A stretch of DNA of 64,000 bases from Nitrosopumilus sp. Its GTDB lineage: Archaea > Thermoproteota > Nitrososphaeria > Nitrososphaerales > Nitrosopumilaceae. Every line of letters begins with the position of its first letter. The stretch's first letter is position 1. The stretch lies in NCBI GenBank assembly GCA_965205425.1, contig CBDBGZ010000009.1, positions 1,056,001 through 1,120,000 of the forward strand. The letters run 5' to 3'. The notes under the pieces were generated by a model. That model ran no database searches. It was not told the DNA's origin and worked only from the letters and a program-made list of their open reading frames with translations. Positions 8,803 through 18,826 of the stretch are shown piece after piece. Position numbers and translations under genes: made by a program.

Positions 8803-9930
8803 CTAAAGGCTCTTTGCTAATTCTAATTTTTGTGGTAGATACTTGTCTGTAATATTTGTTAATCCATATTTTGAGAAGGCTTCTAATTCTGCTTTTCTCT
8901 TTAATTTTAAAAATACATCAAGTTCTTTTTTCCAGATTCCATCTTGATATCTTGGATCTTTTTGAAGATCATAACATCGTTTGATATCAGATTCTGTCAT
9001 TGGTATTGTCGGTAACTTGTATTTTTCAATATCAGTAGCCCATACTCCAACCCATTTTGCATCAGGGACTGTTAATTCTCTGAGATGAGCAGCATTTGCT
9101 GAACCAGATTTAATTACCATTGCAATATGTTCTCCATACACATCTCCATCAGTTAGAACAATTACAGGTAATCCCATTTCTTCGTGCAATCTCTTTAACA
9201 AAGTTCGAGTTGAACGGGGTGCTTGTCCACCAGTATTGATAATTATAGATTTAAATTTTTTATCAACTTGTTCTTCAACAAATCTTGTGAAAAGTCCACC
9301 TTTTTCAATTGCGATAACAATTTCTGCACTTGTATCAACTAATTCAGCAGTAGTCAGACTAGGACCTATGGAATAACCATCAGGGTGATTTGATAAATTC
9401 ATAGTTTTTCCCTCATAACCGGGAATTGTATACTCTATATTCAAATCACCAAAAATGGAACTTCTTTCTTCAGGGAATATATGAAAATCCTCTCTAGGTT
9501 TTGAAGTAACAGCTTCTAAATCCACAATAATATTATCTGATTCAGATTGGTCCTCAAATTCAATTGCGAAAGCCTGTGAAGAATAATAGACATCCCTTAA
9601 AGTAGATGACTTTTTTTCATGAGTTAATCTATTTGCAAAAAATGCCAACCACATTAATTGTGTAAAAGATCTCAACTGTGCAGAATTTCTTGCACTTCTT
9701 AGCGCAGCATTGTTTCCTAAGATATACTGTCGAAGTTTTTTATCATAAACTATGTTACTTACTGATCTGCTAGGTATTGAAAATTTGGGGAATTTGCCAT
9801 TATCTAAGTCGTCATAAATTTTTGCGCCATGACTTTTAAGCATCTCAAGGATATTTTTTTGTTTTTCATCAGCTTTTTTGCTTCGTTCTTTGATTTTGGT
9901 TTGTTCTTTCTTAGTTGTTGCCATTTTCAT
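8803..9930 (-). CDS. top6A: DNA topoisomerase VI subunit A
   Basis: STLRDVYY catalytic Tyr, IEK, TDGDVYG toprim, KAELEA. Confidence 0.96.
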   Translation of the reverse strand: MKMATTKKEQTKIKERSKKADEKQKNILEMLKSHGAKIYDDLDNGKFPKFSIPSRSVSNIVYDKKLRQYILGNNAALRSARNSAQLRSFTQLMWLAFFANRLTHEKKSSTLRDVYYSSQAFAIEFEDQSESDNIIVDLEAVTSKPREDFHIFPEERSSIFGDLNIEYTIPGYEGKTMNLSNHPDGYSIGPSLTTAELVDTSAEIVIAIEKGGLFTRFVEEQVDKKFKSIIINTGGQAPRSTRTLLKRLHEEMGLPVIVLTDGDVYGEHIAMVIKSGSANAAHLRELTVPDAKWVGVWATDIEKYKLPTIPMTESDIKRCYDLQKDPRYQDGIWKKELDVFLKLKRKAELEAFSKYGLTNITDKYLPQKLELAKSL

Positions 9931-11779
9931 TTACCTCCTCTACTTTTTTAGATTCAATTGTATTTTCTTCTAATAGTTTCTTGTAATTAGGTTCTTTCTT
10001 CTTTCCAGCAAGCTCTGTACAAAATTCTGCAATTTGTGGCAAATATTTTGCATAAAGATTTGCCCTCTTTTTTGCCATATCAGCTTGTCCTCTTTTTGAC
10101 ATGTAGGCTGCCAGTTTTCTTGACAAAAATTGTAATCCTAATCTTAGTTCTCTTTCGATTTCTTGTCGGTCAGCAACATTTTCTTTTCCTGCGGTTTTGT
10201 ATGGTATTCGAGTAGAGCAAATATGAGATACTATTATGAAAGGCGGTTCACCTTTTACCTTGTATCGACCCCAATCAGTATCATTAACCACTTTTAGAAC
10301 AACATCACTTCCTTCATCATATAGTAGAGGAATTCTGTTGGCATATCGGTAAACATGTGGTCCACCGGATTTAATATCCCCACCATAAGCAATTCCCATC
10401 TCAATAATGAAAGGAAATCCAGAATATGCGGATGGTGGTCGTTGAACTACTGCAGTAAAATCAGGATTAAAGAATTTCTTAATTCCTTTTTCTAAAGGGT
10501 CTTCCCCTAATGGAGCCAGACAACTTGAATCAGGAGCCATAAAATCATCAAATTTTTGAAGTGAGTCACTAAGTTGAACTAGTTCTTGATTTGTCAAAGT
10601 ACCCATCCGTTTTTCAGGTTTGAATTTTGCAAATTCTGCAAATTTTATAGCAGTTGTGGGTCCGACACGTTGAAATCTTTTAGTCAAAAATGTAGTTAAT
10701 GGTTCACCTTGAACAGTGTTAGTCAATTGTTTGTAGTATTGACTTTCAGGATCCATATCGACAGATTTTGATTGGGAGTCTCCAAAATCCCAGTAAAATA
10801 ATTTTTTGTTAGGAATATCAAGATCTTCAATTTTTATTTTATTTAATTTTTCAAAATCCATTTTAAGAAAAGACATTAAAGCAATTACAACTCTAACTTG
10901 TCGTGAAAGGGTTTTCCATTTTTTCTTTGCTTTATCCATGATTGCCGTAAAACTAAGACTTTTTTTAGATAACCCTAAATCCTTTCTAACTTTTTCAATC
11001 ATTGCATCATCAATTGTAGGAATTTCAAATTGTGATTCAACAATCATTCTTCGTATACGTTCAACGTCAATACCATGTGGATGCGGTCTAATTATTGTTG
11101 GTGGAGGCGGTATTTCTTTTACAAATCTTGGATGAGAAAATTTTTGTCCTTTAGGATCATCAAAAGTAATTGATGCATACGGAGTAATTAATGAAGTCTC
11201 ATAAACATAATCACGAATTTTATTACCTGCTTTTGAATAATCTCCTTCCAAACAAATACTTACAGACAATCCTTTTTTTGAAACTTCTTTTGTATTGTGT
11301 TTAACAATTACAGGTTTGTTTTTTTGAATATCTAGTAAAATTTCAAATTGATTTTGGATAGCGCCATCAGAACAACTTTTTACTATTACAGGTTTGTTTG
11401 TGGTAATTTGTCCATAAAGAATAGCCATTGTCGCTCCAAGGCCAAACATTCCTCTTGCTTGTTTTAATCCAAATTTGGAACCATAAAGGACAGTTCCAAA
11501 AGCAAGAGGGATATGTTCAGTGTCTATTCCAGGTCCATTATCTTTGACTGTCAAAATATACGGCTTGGGATCTGGTTTATCAGGCTCAACTGCCTTAATT
11601 GTTAGATGGACATCAGGCAAGATTCCTTTTTGATCACATGCATCTAATGCATTTTCAACAAATTCTCTTACAGCAGTATAAAGAGATCTTGTAGGATTAC
11701 TAAATCCAGCTAAATCACGATTACTGTAAAAGAACTCACTTGGAGAAATTTGATTGAATTTTTCCTTAATAGAAGACAT
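9911..11779 (-). CDS. top6B: DNA topoisomerase VI subunit B
   Basis: GHKL motifs EFVENALDA, DNGPG, GSKF, RGMFGLG; YANRIPLLY. Confidence 0.96.
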   Translation of the reverse strand: MSSIKEKFNQISPSEFFYSNRDLAGFSNPTRSLYTAVREFVENALDACDQKGILPDVHLTIKAVEPDKPDPKPYILTVKDNGPGIDTEHIPLAFGTVLYGSKFGLKQARGMFGLGATMAILYGQITTNKPVIVKSCSDGAIQNQFEILLDIQKNKPVIVKHNTKEVSKKGLSVSICLEGDYSKAGNKIRDYVYETSLITPYASITFDDPKGQKFSHPRFVKEIPPPPTIIRPHPHGIDVERIRRMIVESQFEIPTIDDAMIEKVRKDLGLSKKSLSFTAIMDKAKKKWKTLSRQVRVVIALMSFLKMDFEKLNKIKIEDLDIPNKKLFYWDFGDSQSKSVDMDPESQYYKQLTNTVQGEPLTTFLTKRFQRVGPTTAIKFAEFAKFKPEKRMGTLTNQELVQLSDSLQKFDDFMAPDSSCLAPLGEDPLEKGIKKFFNPDFTAVVQRPPSAYSGFPFIIEMGIAYGGDIKSGGPHVYRYANRIPLLYDEGSDVVLKVVNDTDWGRYKVKGEPPFIIVSHICSTRIPYKTAGKENVADRQEIERELRLGLQFLSRKLAAYMSKRGQADMAKKRANLYAKYLPQIAEFCTELAGKKKEPNYKKLLEENTIESKKVEEVNENGNN

Positions 11780-12338
11780 CTTGATCTTCCCATAATTTCA
11801 TTTTTTCTTGTTTTTCTTTTCTGTTTGCAGCTTCTAATTTATTGTAAACTGGGCCATGGTTACTTCCACTAGAAATCGAAGAAATTGCATCAACTGCTAA
11901 ACGTAATTTACTTGAGTCACCAATTATTGAAACAGTCTTTCCATAAACTGAGATATGAGTACCACTAAGATTTTCCATATTTCGTCTTGCTCTACCACCT
12001 TCTCCGATAATCCTCCCTTTTATCCTTTCAACATTAGCATTAGATTTTCCTGCAAATTCTCTAAGATCTATTACATGTAATGCATTTTCACCTTTTAGTA
12101 ATGTCATTGCATCATCAGGAGAAAATCCTCTACCAATAGCAGTAACAATCTCCATTGCTTTGAAGGGTTGAATTTTTTCAACATTACCTTGAGTTTTTAT
12201 AAAAACTTCACCATTGTCACCATCAATATCTAAAGTTACATGACATGTTGTTTCAATTTTTGATTTTACACTTCCAGACTTTCCAATTAAAGCCCCAACT
12301 CGATCATTTGGAATACGAATTAATTTTTCAAAGCTCAT
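11766..12338 (-). CDS. KH-domain rRNA processing protein (Dim2/Pno1)
   Basis: LIGKSG, AIGRGF, GRIIGEGG. Confidence 0.9.
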   Translation of the reverse strand: MSFEKLIRIPNDRVGALIGKSGSVKSKIETTCHVTLDIDGDNGEVFIKTQGNVEKIQPFKAMEIVTAIGRGFSPDDAMTLLKGENALHVIDLREFAGKSNANVERIKGRIIGEGGRARRNMENLSGTHISVYGKTVSIIGDSSKLRLAVDAISSISSGSNHGPVYNKLEAANRKEKQEKMKLWEDQDVFY

Positions 12339-13114
12339 TTGACAATATCCTCAAATATTTTATCTGAATCTTCAACAAGAATTCCTCTTTTATTGAAGAA
12401 TCTTCCAATGTTATTAATATCTCGTTTAAGAAATTCTTGAGCGTTTGGATGTCTAAGATCAACACCAGAGCCTAGATCAAAAACAACTAAACCTTTTTCA
12501 GTTTTGAAAATATTATATTCTGAAAAATCACCATGTACCAATTTTGCTTTTTTGTATAGATCTCCTAGAATAGATATGGCTTGAGCATAGTCATTCTCAT
12601 CAACTTCTGAAGTCAGTAATGATTTTGCAGGAGTACCATTATCTCCTATGAATTCCATAGCAAGGACATTGTTTGTTACATAAAGTGGTCTTGGGACGTG
12701 GATTCCAGCCTCATAGCACTGAGTTAAATTTCGATATTCCTTTTTTGCCCATAAATAAACAAGGTTTTTTGTTCCCTTTTTCAGATGAGAAAATCTTGGA
12801 TCTCCAAGAATGTAGGGTTCACGTTTTTTAAAATTTGCAGTGCTAACCAAATAAATTTTTAAAGCAACATTTATGTCATTTTCATCAACACCCCAAAAAA
12901 GAACAGATTCTTTTCCTGCACTTACTGAACCATTTACGTATGCAATAACATGATCAGTGATCATTTTGTAAAGAGTCATGACAGTTGGTTTATCCAAAAC
13001 TTCATTGACTACTTTTCCTTTCTTGAATCCATCTTCTAACGGAGAACGTTTTCGTTTTGAATTTAATTTATTATCTAATTTAGACTCTAATTTTTTACTA
13101 ATTATATCAGTCAT
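12335..13114 (-). CDS. rio1: RIO1 serine kinase
   Basis: SAGKES, LVHGDFSEYNI, FDLGSGV. Confidence 0.92.
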   Translation of the reverse strand: MTDIISKKLESKLDNKLNSKRKRSPLEDGFKKGKVVNEVLDKPTVMTLYKMITDHVIAYVNGSVSAGKESVLFWGVDENDINVALKIYLVSTANFKKREPYILGDPRFSHLKKGTKNLVYLWAKKEYRNLTQCYEAGIHVPRPLYVTNNVLAMEFIGDNGTPAKSLLTSEVDENDYAQAISILGDLYKKAKLVHGDFSEYNIFKTEKGLVVFDLGSGVDLRHPNAQEFLKRDINNIGRFFNKRGILVEDSDKIFEDIVK

Positions 13115-13198
13115 TAGAATAAGATACTCCTACTAGATAAAAGAGATTACTGTTAAAATCTAAAAAAAAATGTAAAGTGGAAATCAAATTAAACAACT

Positions 13199-13495
13199 TT
13201 ACATATTAAATATAATTAAAAATGGAACATCAGAAACTATCTTTACAGCATTTTCAGAACCAATTCCTAGTTTTAGAGACAAAGAAATAGTTTCTTTTCC
13301 TGCCATGTTTATAATAGAAGAATTTTTCAGTAAAGATTCAGCTTCATCTTTTTCAACAAATCTTTCACCATAGTAACTTTCACTTATGTGCATAGTCAAA
13401 TCTCCTTCAACAATTTTTTTGCCAAGTAGCTCAACATCACAAATATTGAGCATTGATTGGTTTTGATAATTTGTAGTTCGTATCGAGAATTGCAT
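13199..13495 (-). CDS. DUF424 family protein
   Basis: ICDVELLG, SESYYG, IINMAG; start at MQFSI preferred. Confidence 0.8.
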   Translation of the reverse strand: MQFSIRTTNYQNQSMLNICDVELLGKKIVEGDLTMHISESYYGERFVEKDEAESLLKNSSIINMAGKETISLSLKLGIGSENAVKIVSDVPFLIIFNM

Positions 13496-13932
13496 TACGC
13501 GTATTTGCCTTTTAAAGTAGATTTTGCACCACATGCTTCACAAATTAAAAATGATATTCTATTTTCTTTGAAGATTTTTGTATCAGGGCTTTTGCATGTT
13601 GGACACTCAAGATAGTCTTTTACATAAATTTGGAATAATCTGGTAAAATCATCAGGAGCTCTTCTTCCAACAAACATTGCTTTATCTCCAAGTCTTTCTG
13701 CTGGAACTGCAAATTCTTTTGACAGGTATTGAAGAACCTTATCAGGATCTCTACGCAATACCTTGGGAAATTCGGAAAAATTTCTTAAAAATGTCTTTTG
13801 TCCTTCCCACATTACATCAACAACAGGCAGCTCAAATCTAGTTTGTGATTCTTTGTCAGTATCACCTAGTTTATCCTGAATACGTTTGAGAAGATTTTCA
13901 TAATCGGATTTGGTCACTGAAAAATAGTGCAT
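13495..13932 (-). CDS. eif2b: Translation initiation factor aIF-2 beta
   Basis: KTFLRNF, LSKEFA, CPTCKSPDT...CEACGA zinc ribbon. Confidence 0.93.
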   Translation of the reverse strand: MHYFSVTKSDYENLLKRIQDKLGDTDKESQTRFELPVVDVMWEGQKTFLRNFSEFPKVLRRDPDKVLQYLSKEFAVPAERLGDKAMFVGRRAPDDFTRLFQIYVKDYLECPTCKSPDTKIFKENRISFLICEACGAKSTLKGKYA

Positions 13933-13986
13933 GGTAGACCCTATATGGGTTTTGAAAAAGAGAAATCGTGTGGACCTTGTTTGAGG

Positions 13987-14133
13987 TTATTCCATCTTTC
14001 CTATTCGGAAGACGTTAGTACCACATGTTGGACATGTACCTTTTACGGCAGGTCGTCCATTCTTTAGTGTAGTTTCTTTGGGATCTTTGATATCCCTTTT
14101 TGCTCTGCATTTTACGCAATATGCTTGAACCAT
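13987..14133 (-). CDS. Small zinc-ribbon protein (DUF5679-like), absent from the ORF track
   Basis: MVQAYCVKCRAKRDIKDPKETTLKNGRPAVKGTCPTCGTNVFRIGKME, 48 aa. Confidence 0.85.
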   Translation of the reverse strand: MVQAYCVKCRAKRDIKDPKETTLKNGRPAVKGTCPTCGTNVFRIGKME

Positions 14134-14383
14134 TATGAAATTTGTCAAACTTTGTGGTATTTAGGCAGAGGCTGTGAAAATTATTTCACTATAGACTAGA
14201 TGTGCGTAAATTGTTTTAGGCATCAGAAAAGTGATTTTTTCAATATTTTCAAAGAATGCAAGAATTTTGAAAAAAATTATGGACAATATTGAGTGAAAAT
14301 AAGTTTTCTCCAAACAATTGTTAGAAAACAAGAGTTTTATCAATTATTACCAATTATAAACTCCTTAATAGTAAAATTACAAA

Positions 14384-14884
14384 ATGGCATCAAAAAAAGG
14401 AATTGTAGTAACAGCTATAATTTTAGCTGCCATTACAGGAGTAAGTTTTCTGATGTGGATTATTCCACAAGATGTTGAAACAACTTTTGTTGTATCTGAT
14501 TATGAAAATTATTTGGACGGAGTGAAAAATATTCATGAGGTTTTAGAAGAATCAATAGAACTTGAATATGAGAATCTACAAAATGGAAAAATTTCACCAC
14601 AAGAGTATATTGCAGTCACTGAAGTGACATCATCTCAAGTAACTACACAAATTAGTGAATTTGTAACATCAAAGCCATCAGAAGAATGGGAAGCAAGTTA
14701 CATCAATTACATGGAAGCTATGAAATCTTTCAACTCATACATTATTGAGACTAAAGTGTTAGCAAATATGATTGAAAATGGAAATACTAATGAGGAAATT
14801 AATGATACTTTGGAAAAAATAGATTCACTAAAAATAGAATCTATTGAATTCGTTAAAATCTCTGATCAGTCAAGACCAGGCTAG
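14384..14884 (+). CDS. Membrane-anchored hypothetical protein
   Basis: N-terminal TM helix, acidic helical domain. Confidence 0.75.
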   Translation: MASKKGIVVTAIILAAITGVSFLMWIIPQDVETTFVVSDYENYLDGVKNIHEVLEESIELEYENLQNGKISPQEYIAVTEVTSSQVTTQISEFVTSKPSEEWEASYINYMEAMKSFNSYIIETKVLANMIENGNTNEEINDTLEKIDSLKIESIEFVKISDQSRPG

Positions 14885-14955
14885 CCTCAAAACCGAATTT
14901 TACTATTCATATTTGTTGGAAATCGTTAAAAAGCAATTCTGTAATAAAAATTTGA

Positions 14956-16101
14956 ATGTCTCAACATACAGGTAAGGTTGAAAAAGATGTTAATGCATCT
15001 ACAGCCAACAAATTACTAGTAATTTGTATTGATAGAGATAATGATGTTGGTGAAAAAGCCGGTATTGTTACACCCGTCATTGGTAGAGATGCATGTATTG
15101 AGGCAGCTCAAAGATTAGCTTTAGAAGATCCAGAAGATGCAGATTCAAATTCTATTTTTGCTGCAATTAAAACATATGAAGATTTGATCAGTAAAGGATA
15201 CCAAGTAGAAGTGGTAACTGTTGCAGGAGTTAAAGATAGAGGAGTTCAAGCTGATGAGAAAATTTTAGTGGAAACAAGAAAAGTTTTAGGAAAATTTTCT
15301 GCAAACGGTGCAGTTATTGTTTCTGATGGAGAAGATGATGAAAGTGTCATACCAGTAATTCAAAATGTACTTCCAGTAGTATCAGTACAACGTGTAGTTA
15401 TGAAAGTTAGTAGAAGTGTAGAGTATTCTTATGCAGTTTTTGGAAAATATCTAAAAATGCTTGCATATGATTCTAAATATTCAAAATTCTTTTTAGGAGT
15501 TCCAGGAATTCTTTTGTTAATCGGAGGTGTTGCAACTGTATTTGGATATACCGCAGAGATATTTGCAGTGTTAGTAAGTATCTTGGGTGGCGCATTTTTA
15601 ATTAGAGCGTTTGATATTGATAGAGTATGGTCAAGTTGGTCAAAACCAACACCGATGGGTTTTATCAGAATGTTTACAATGGTTGCAGGAGTTTTACTAA
15701 TTCTTTCATCCGTACCAGCTGGGGTTAGTGCAGTGGATACGGAATTAATTGGAGCAGATATACAATTCATTTCAATAATTACAGACAAAATGATAGTTGG
15801 ACAATTTGTGTCAGGAGCAATACCAATTTTGTGGATTGGCATTGGCTCAATATTTGCAGGAACATTACTCAGTAATTGGATTGGTGGAATTCCAAGACAG
15901 ATTAGTGATATTTTAAGAATAATTGTTTTAGCAGCACTTTATCCAACCGTGTTACAATTTACTAAAATTATGATAAATGATGATCCGTCATTTACCTTGA
16001 TTCCACCTCTATTAGGAGGACTTGCAGCTACATTGGTTTCAGCTACAATTCTCTTTAAAAAATATAGAAAACACAAAGATCAAGAGATGATCTCAGACTA
16101 A
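14956..16101 (+). CDS. DUF373 family membrane protein
   Basis: CIDRDNDVG, DPEDADSN, SDGEDDE, multiple TM helices. Confidence 0.9.
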   Translation: MSQHTGKVEKDVNASTANKLLVICIDRDNDVGEKAGIVTPVIGRDACIEAAQRLALEDPEDADSNSIFAAIKTYEDLISKGYQVEVVTVAGVKDRGVQADEKILVETRKVLGKFSANGAVIVSDGEDDESVIPVIQNVLPVVSVQRVVMKVSRSVEYSYAVFGKYLKMLAYDSKYSKFFLGVPGILLLIGGVATVFGYTAEIFAVLVSILGGAFLIRAFDIDRVWSSWSKPTPMGFIRMFTMVAGVLLILSSVPAGVSAVDTELIGADIQFISIITDKMIVGQFVSGAIPILWIGIGSIFAGTLLSNWIGGIPRQISDILRIIVLAALYPTVLQFTKIMINDDPSFTLIPPLLGGLAATLVSATILFKKYRKHKDQEMISD

Positions 16102-16188
16102 ATTCATACGAATACAAATCAATGAACAAATTTTCTGAAAAACACTGATATCTTCAAACATACAGGAATCATCAAATGGTGATAAAAT

Positions 16189-16980
16189 ATTAGTAAAATC
16201 AAAGATTTAGTTTTTCAACTATCAGGTCTCTATAAAATATATGGAAAAAGATTAGAGAGTGAAATTCAAAATGGAGATATTCCAAATCATGTTGCATTAA
16301 TTTTAGATGGGAATAGGAGATGGGCAAAAAGACACCTATCAATGCCAAAAAAAGGCCATTGGAAAGGGGCGGATGCAGTAGAGAATCTTCTTGATTGGTG
16401 TGAAGAATTTGATATTAAAATAGTAACCTTGTATGCGCTATCAGCAGAAAATCTAGATAGAGAGGATGACGAATTAAAATATCTATATGAATTAATTCGC
16501 ATGAGATTAGAAAAATTACTCAATGACCCAAGAATACATAGAAGCAAAATGAGAGTAAAAGGTATTGGTAGAATAGAATTACTTCCAGAATCAATAAAGG
16601 AAGTTCTAAAAAAATTAGATGATGCTACAAAAGATTATGACAATCATTTTCTAAATATTGCACTTGCATATGGAGGACAAAATGAATTAGTAGATGCAGT
16701 AAAAAAGATTGGAGGGAAAATTAAAGATGGATCTCTAGACGTAAATGATATTAATAAAAAAGAGATTGAGTCAAACCTATACACATCACATTTACCACAA
16801 TCATCTCCAGACATGGTATTACGAACTTCTGGAGAAAAAAGATTGAGTGGATTTCTTATGTGGCAAAGTGCATATAGTGAATTAGTATTTATGGATATTT
16901 TTTGGCCCGAATTTAGAAAAATAGATTTAATGAGGGCAATTAGAACATATCAAGAAAGGAAGAGAAGATTAGGAAAATGA
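16189..16980 (+). CDS. uppS: cis-Prenyltransferase (UppS); probable ATT start
   Basis: HVALILDGNRRWA lies upstream of the track's Met; RTSGEKRLSGF, FWPEF motifs. Confidence 0.9.
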   Translation: MSKIKDLVFQLSGLYKIYGKRLESEIQNGDIPNHVALILDGNRRWAKRHLSMPKKGHWKGADAVENLLDWCEEFDIKIVTLYALSAENLDREDDELKYLYELIRMRLEKLLNDPRIHRSKMRVKGIGRIELLPESIKEVLKKLDDATKDYDNHFLNIALAYGGQNELVDAVKKIGGKIKDGSLDVNDINKKEIESNLYTSHLPQSSPDMVLRTSGEKRLSGFLMWQSAYSELVFMDIFWPEFRKIDLMRAIRTYQERKRRLGK

Positions 16981-17396
16981 TTGAAGAAATATCTGCAGGA
17001 ATTGTATTATTTAGGAAAGAAGATTCAAAAAAATTGTTTTTACTTTTACATTATCCTTCAGGGCATTGGGATTTTGTAAAGGGGAAGATGGAGAAAGGTG
17101 AATCAATTCAAGAAACAGCTCTAAGAGAAACAAAAGAAGAAACAGGTATTACAGATATAAAATTTTTAGAGAATTTTGAAGAGTGGATTGAATATAATTT
17201 TCAATATCAAGGGGAACTAGTTCATAAAAAAGTAGTTTTTTTCTTAGCTGAAACAAAATCAAAAGATGTCAAAATTTCACATGAACATACGGATTACACA
17301 TGGATGGATTACAACACATCAATGAAAAAAACTACATTTGATAATGCAAAAACAGTATTAACTAAAGCACAGATGTTACTTTCCCAAACTTTGTAA
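16977..17396 (+). CDS. NUDIX hydrolase (Ap4A hydrolase-like)
   Basis: HWDFVKG...ETALRETKEETG Nudix box. Confidence 0.9.
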   Translation: MIEEISAGIVLFRKEDSKKLFLLLHYPSGHWDFVKGKMEKGESIQETALRETKEETGITDIKFLENFEEWIEYNFQYQGELVHKKVVFFLAETKSKDVKISHEHTDYTWMDYNTSMKKTTFDNAKTVLTKAQMLLSQTL

Positions 17397-18116
17397 TTGT
17401 AATTCTTTAGCAACTTCAAGTGGGTTTTTAGAATTTAAAATTGTTCTACCAACAATTAGATAATCAGTTCCAGATGAAATCACTTCATTTGCACTACCAC
17501 CTTGAGTTCCTACGCCTGGAGAAAAGATACTCAGATTTTTTCCTGCTTTTTTAGAACAGTGTTGAATAATTTTTGGAAACGTAGCACCAACTACAATTCC
17601 ATCAACGTTTGCAGTGATAGCCCAATTCAAAAACAATTGGTATAGCTGTTGTTTTTTGCCCATTTTAATTTCCATATCATATGATAATTTAGCCTCAGGG
17701 GCACTCATATGACATAAAGTGATTACCCCTTTCTCATTTTTGTGGGCAGATTTTACTAGATTTTTTAGACTATCAATACCCATTATTGGATTTGCAATAA
17801 CTGCATCAAATCCTAAATTCCATAAATGTCCAGCAGTGACTCTATTGGTATTTCCAATATCATTTAGTTTGATATCTGCAATAGTTTGTAATCCATATTT
17901 GTGAGCCGTTTTGTTTATTTTTAGAATTTCTTTTCCACTCAAAGGAAGAAGTAAATGAAAATTTAATTTAATTCCGCACAGAAATGGATGTAATTGTTTA
18001 ATATTTTGAATAGTTTTTGATTCTAAATTTTTTACAGATAAATCGTAATCATTGGCAAGAATGACTTTGCCATTAGTTTTTGATATCTGTGAAAGTCTAA
18101 TTTTGAAGGTGGCCAT
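17376..18116 (-). CDS. pyrF: Orotidine 5'-phosphate decarboxylase
   Basis: ADIKLNDIGNT, SPGVGTQGG, IVGR. Confidence 0.93.
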   Translation of the reverse strand: MATFKIRLSQISKTNGKVILANDYDLSVKNLESKTIQNIKQLHPFLCGIKLNFHLLLPLSGKEILKINKTAHKYGLQTIADIKLNDIGNTNRVTAGHLWNLGFDAVIANPIMGIDSLKNLVKSAHKNEKGVITLCHMSAPEAKLSYDMEIKMGKKQQLYQLFLNWAITANVDGIVVGATFPKIIQHCSKKAGKNLSIFSPGVGTQGGSANEVISSGTDYLIVGRTILNSKNPLEVAKELQLQSLGK

Positions 18117-18777
18117 AATCTACTAAGGGATGAGTGTCTTTCAATTTTATTATTTTGATATAAGAATAACCATGTTCGGATGGATTTTCAACAAAGGTAG
18201 GTTGGGAGCTGTTTCCTGTTGAGAATTTTAAAAAGGGTTTTTGAGGATCAGAGTCCAAAACAACATGGCAAAAATAAGATGTTCCTTCATCATTAAAATT
18301 CATGAAGACTCCAACTAACCATTTATCATTATGTGGAAACAAGAACAACGGAAAAGGAATTTCTTCAATACCCCAAGTTAATTTAGCAAGACTTGACATG
18401 TCTTCCAATTGAATTGGTTGATATCGATCTAATGTACCATTACCAGGTTGTAGTGTTTTAGGGAGAGATTTTATTCTGACAATTGGTGAATATAGTTTAC
18501 TAGCATCAGAGGTAGTATCAACAATTTCAGATTCTTCTTTTCCTCCTTTTAATCCATAACAAAGATAGTGACCGTTATTTTCTAGATCTGTATAGTATAC
18601 AATTGGTTTTTCTTTCAAAACATCCATTTGTACAGATAAAATTTTCTTACCATCATAATCATGTAAAAATGAAACTCTAGGTGCACGTTCTAATGCACAA
18701 ACGAGCCTAGTAAATTCTAAAGTAGAGTGAACTTGTATGTAACGCGGTAACTTATCAGTAGTTTGTAACTTGTCCAC
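18097..18777 (-). CDS. Hypothetical protein
   Basis: 226-aa ORF between purA and pyrF, same orientation. Confidence 0.75.
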   Translation of the reverse strand: MDKLQTTDKLPRYIQVHSTLEFTRLVCALERAPRVSFLHDYDGKKILSVQMDVLKEKPIVYYTDLENNGHYLCYGLKGGKEESEIVDTTSDASKLYSPIVRIKSLPKTLQPGNGTLDRYQPIQLEDMSSLAKLTWGIEEIPFPLFLFPHNDKWLVGVFMNFNDEGTSYFCHVVLDSDPQKPFLKFSTGNSSQPTFVENPSEHGYSYIKIIKLKDTHPLVDYGHLQN

Positions 18778-18826
18778 AGGGATTACCTGTTGGTTAACAA
18801 ATTAAACTTATCCAAAACAAAGGAGC

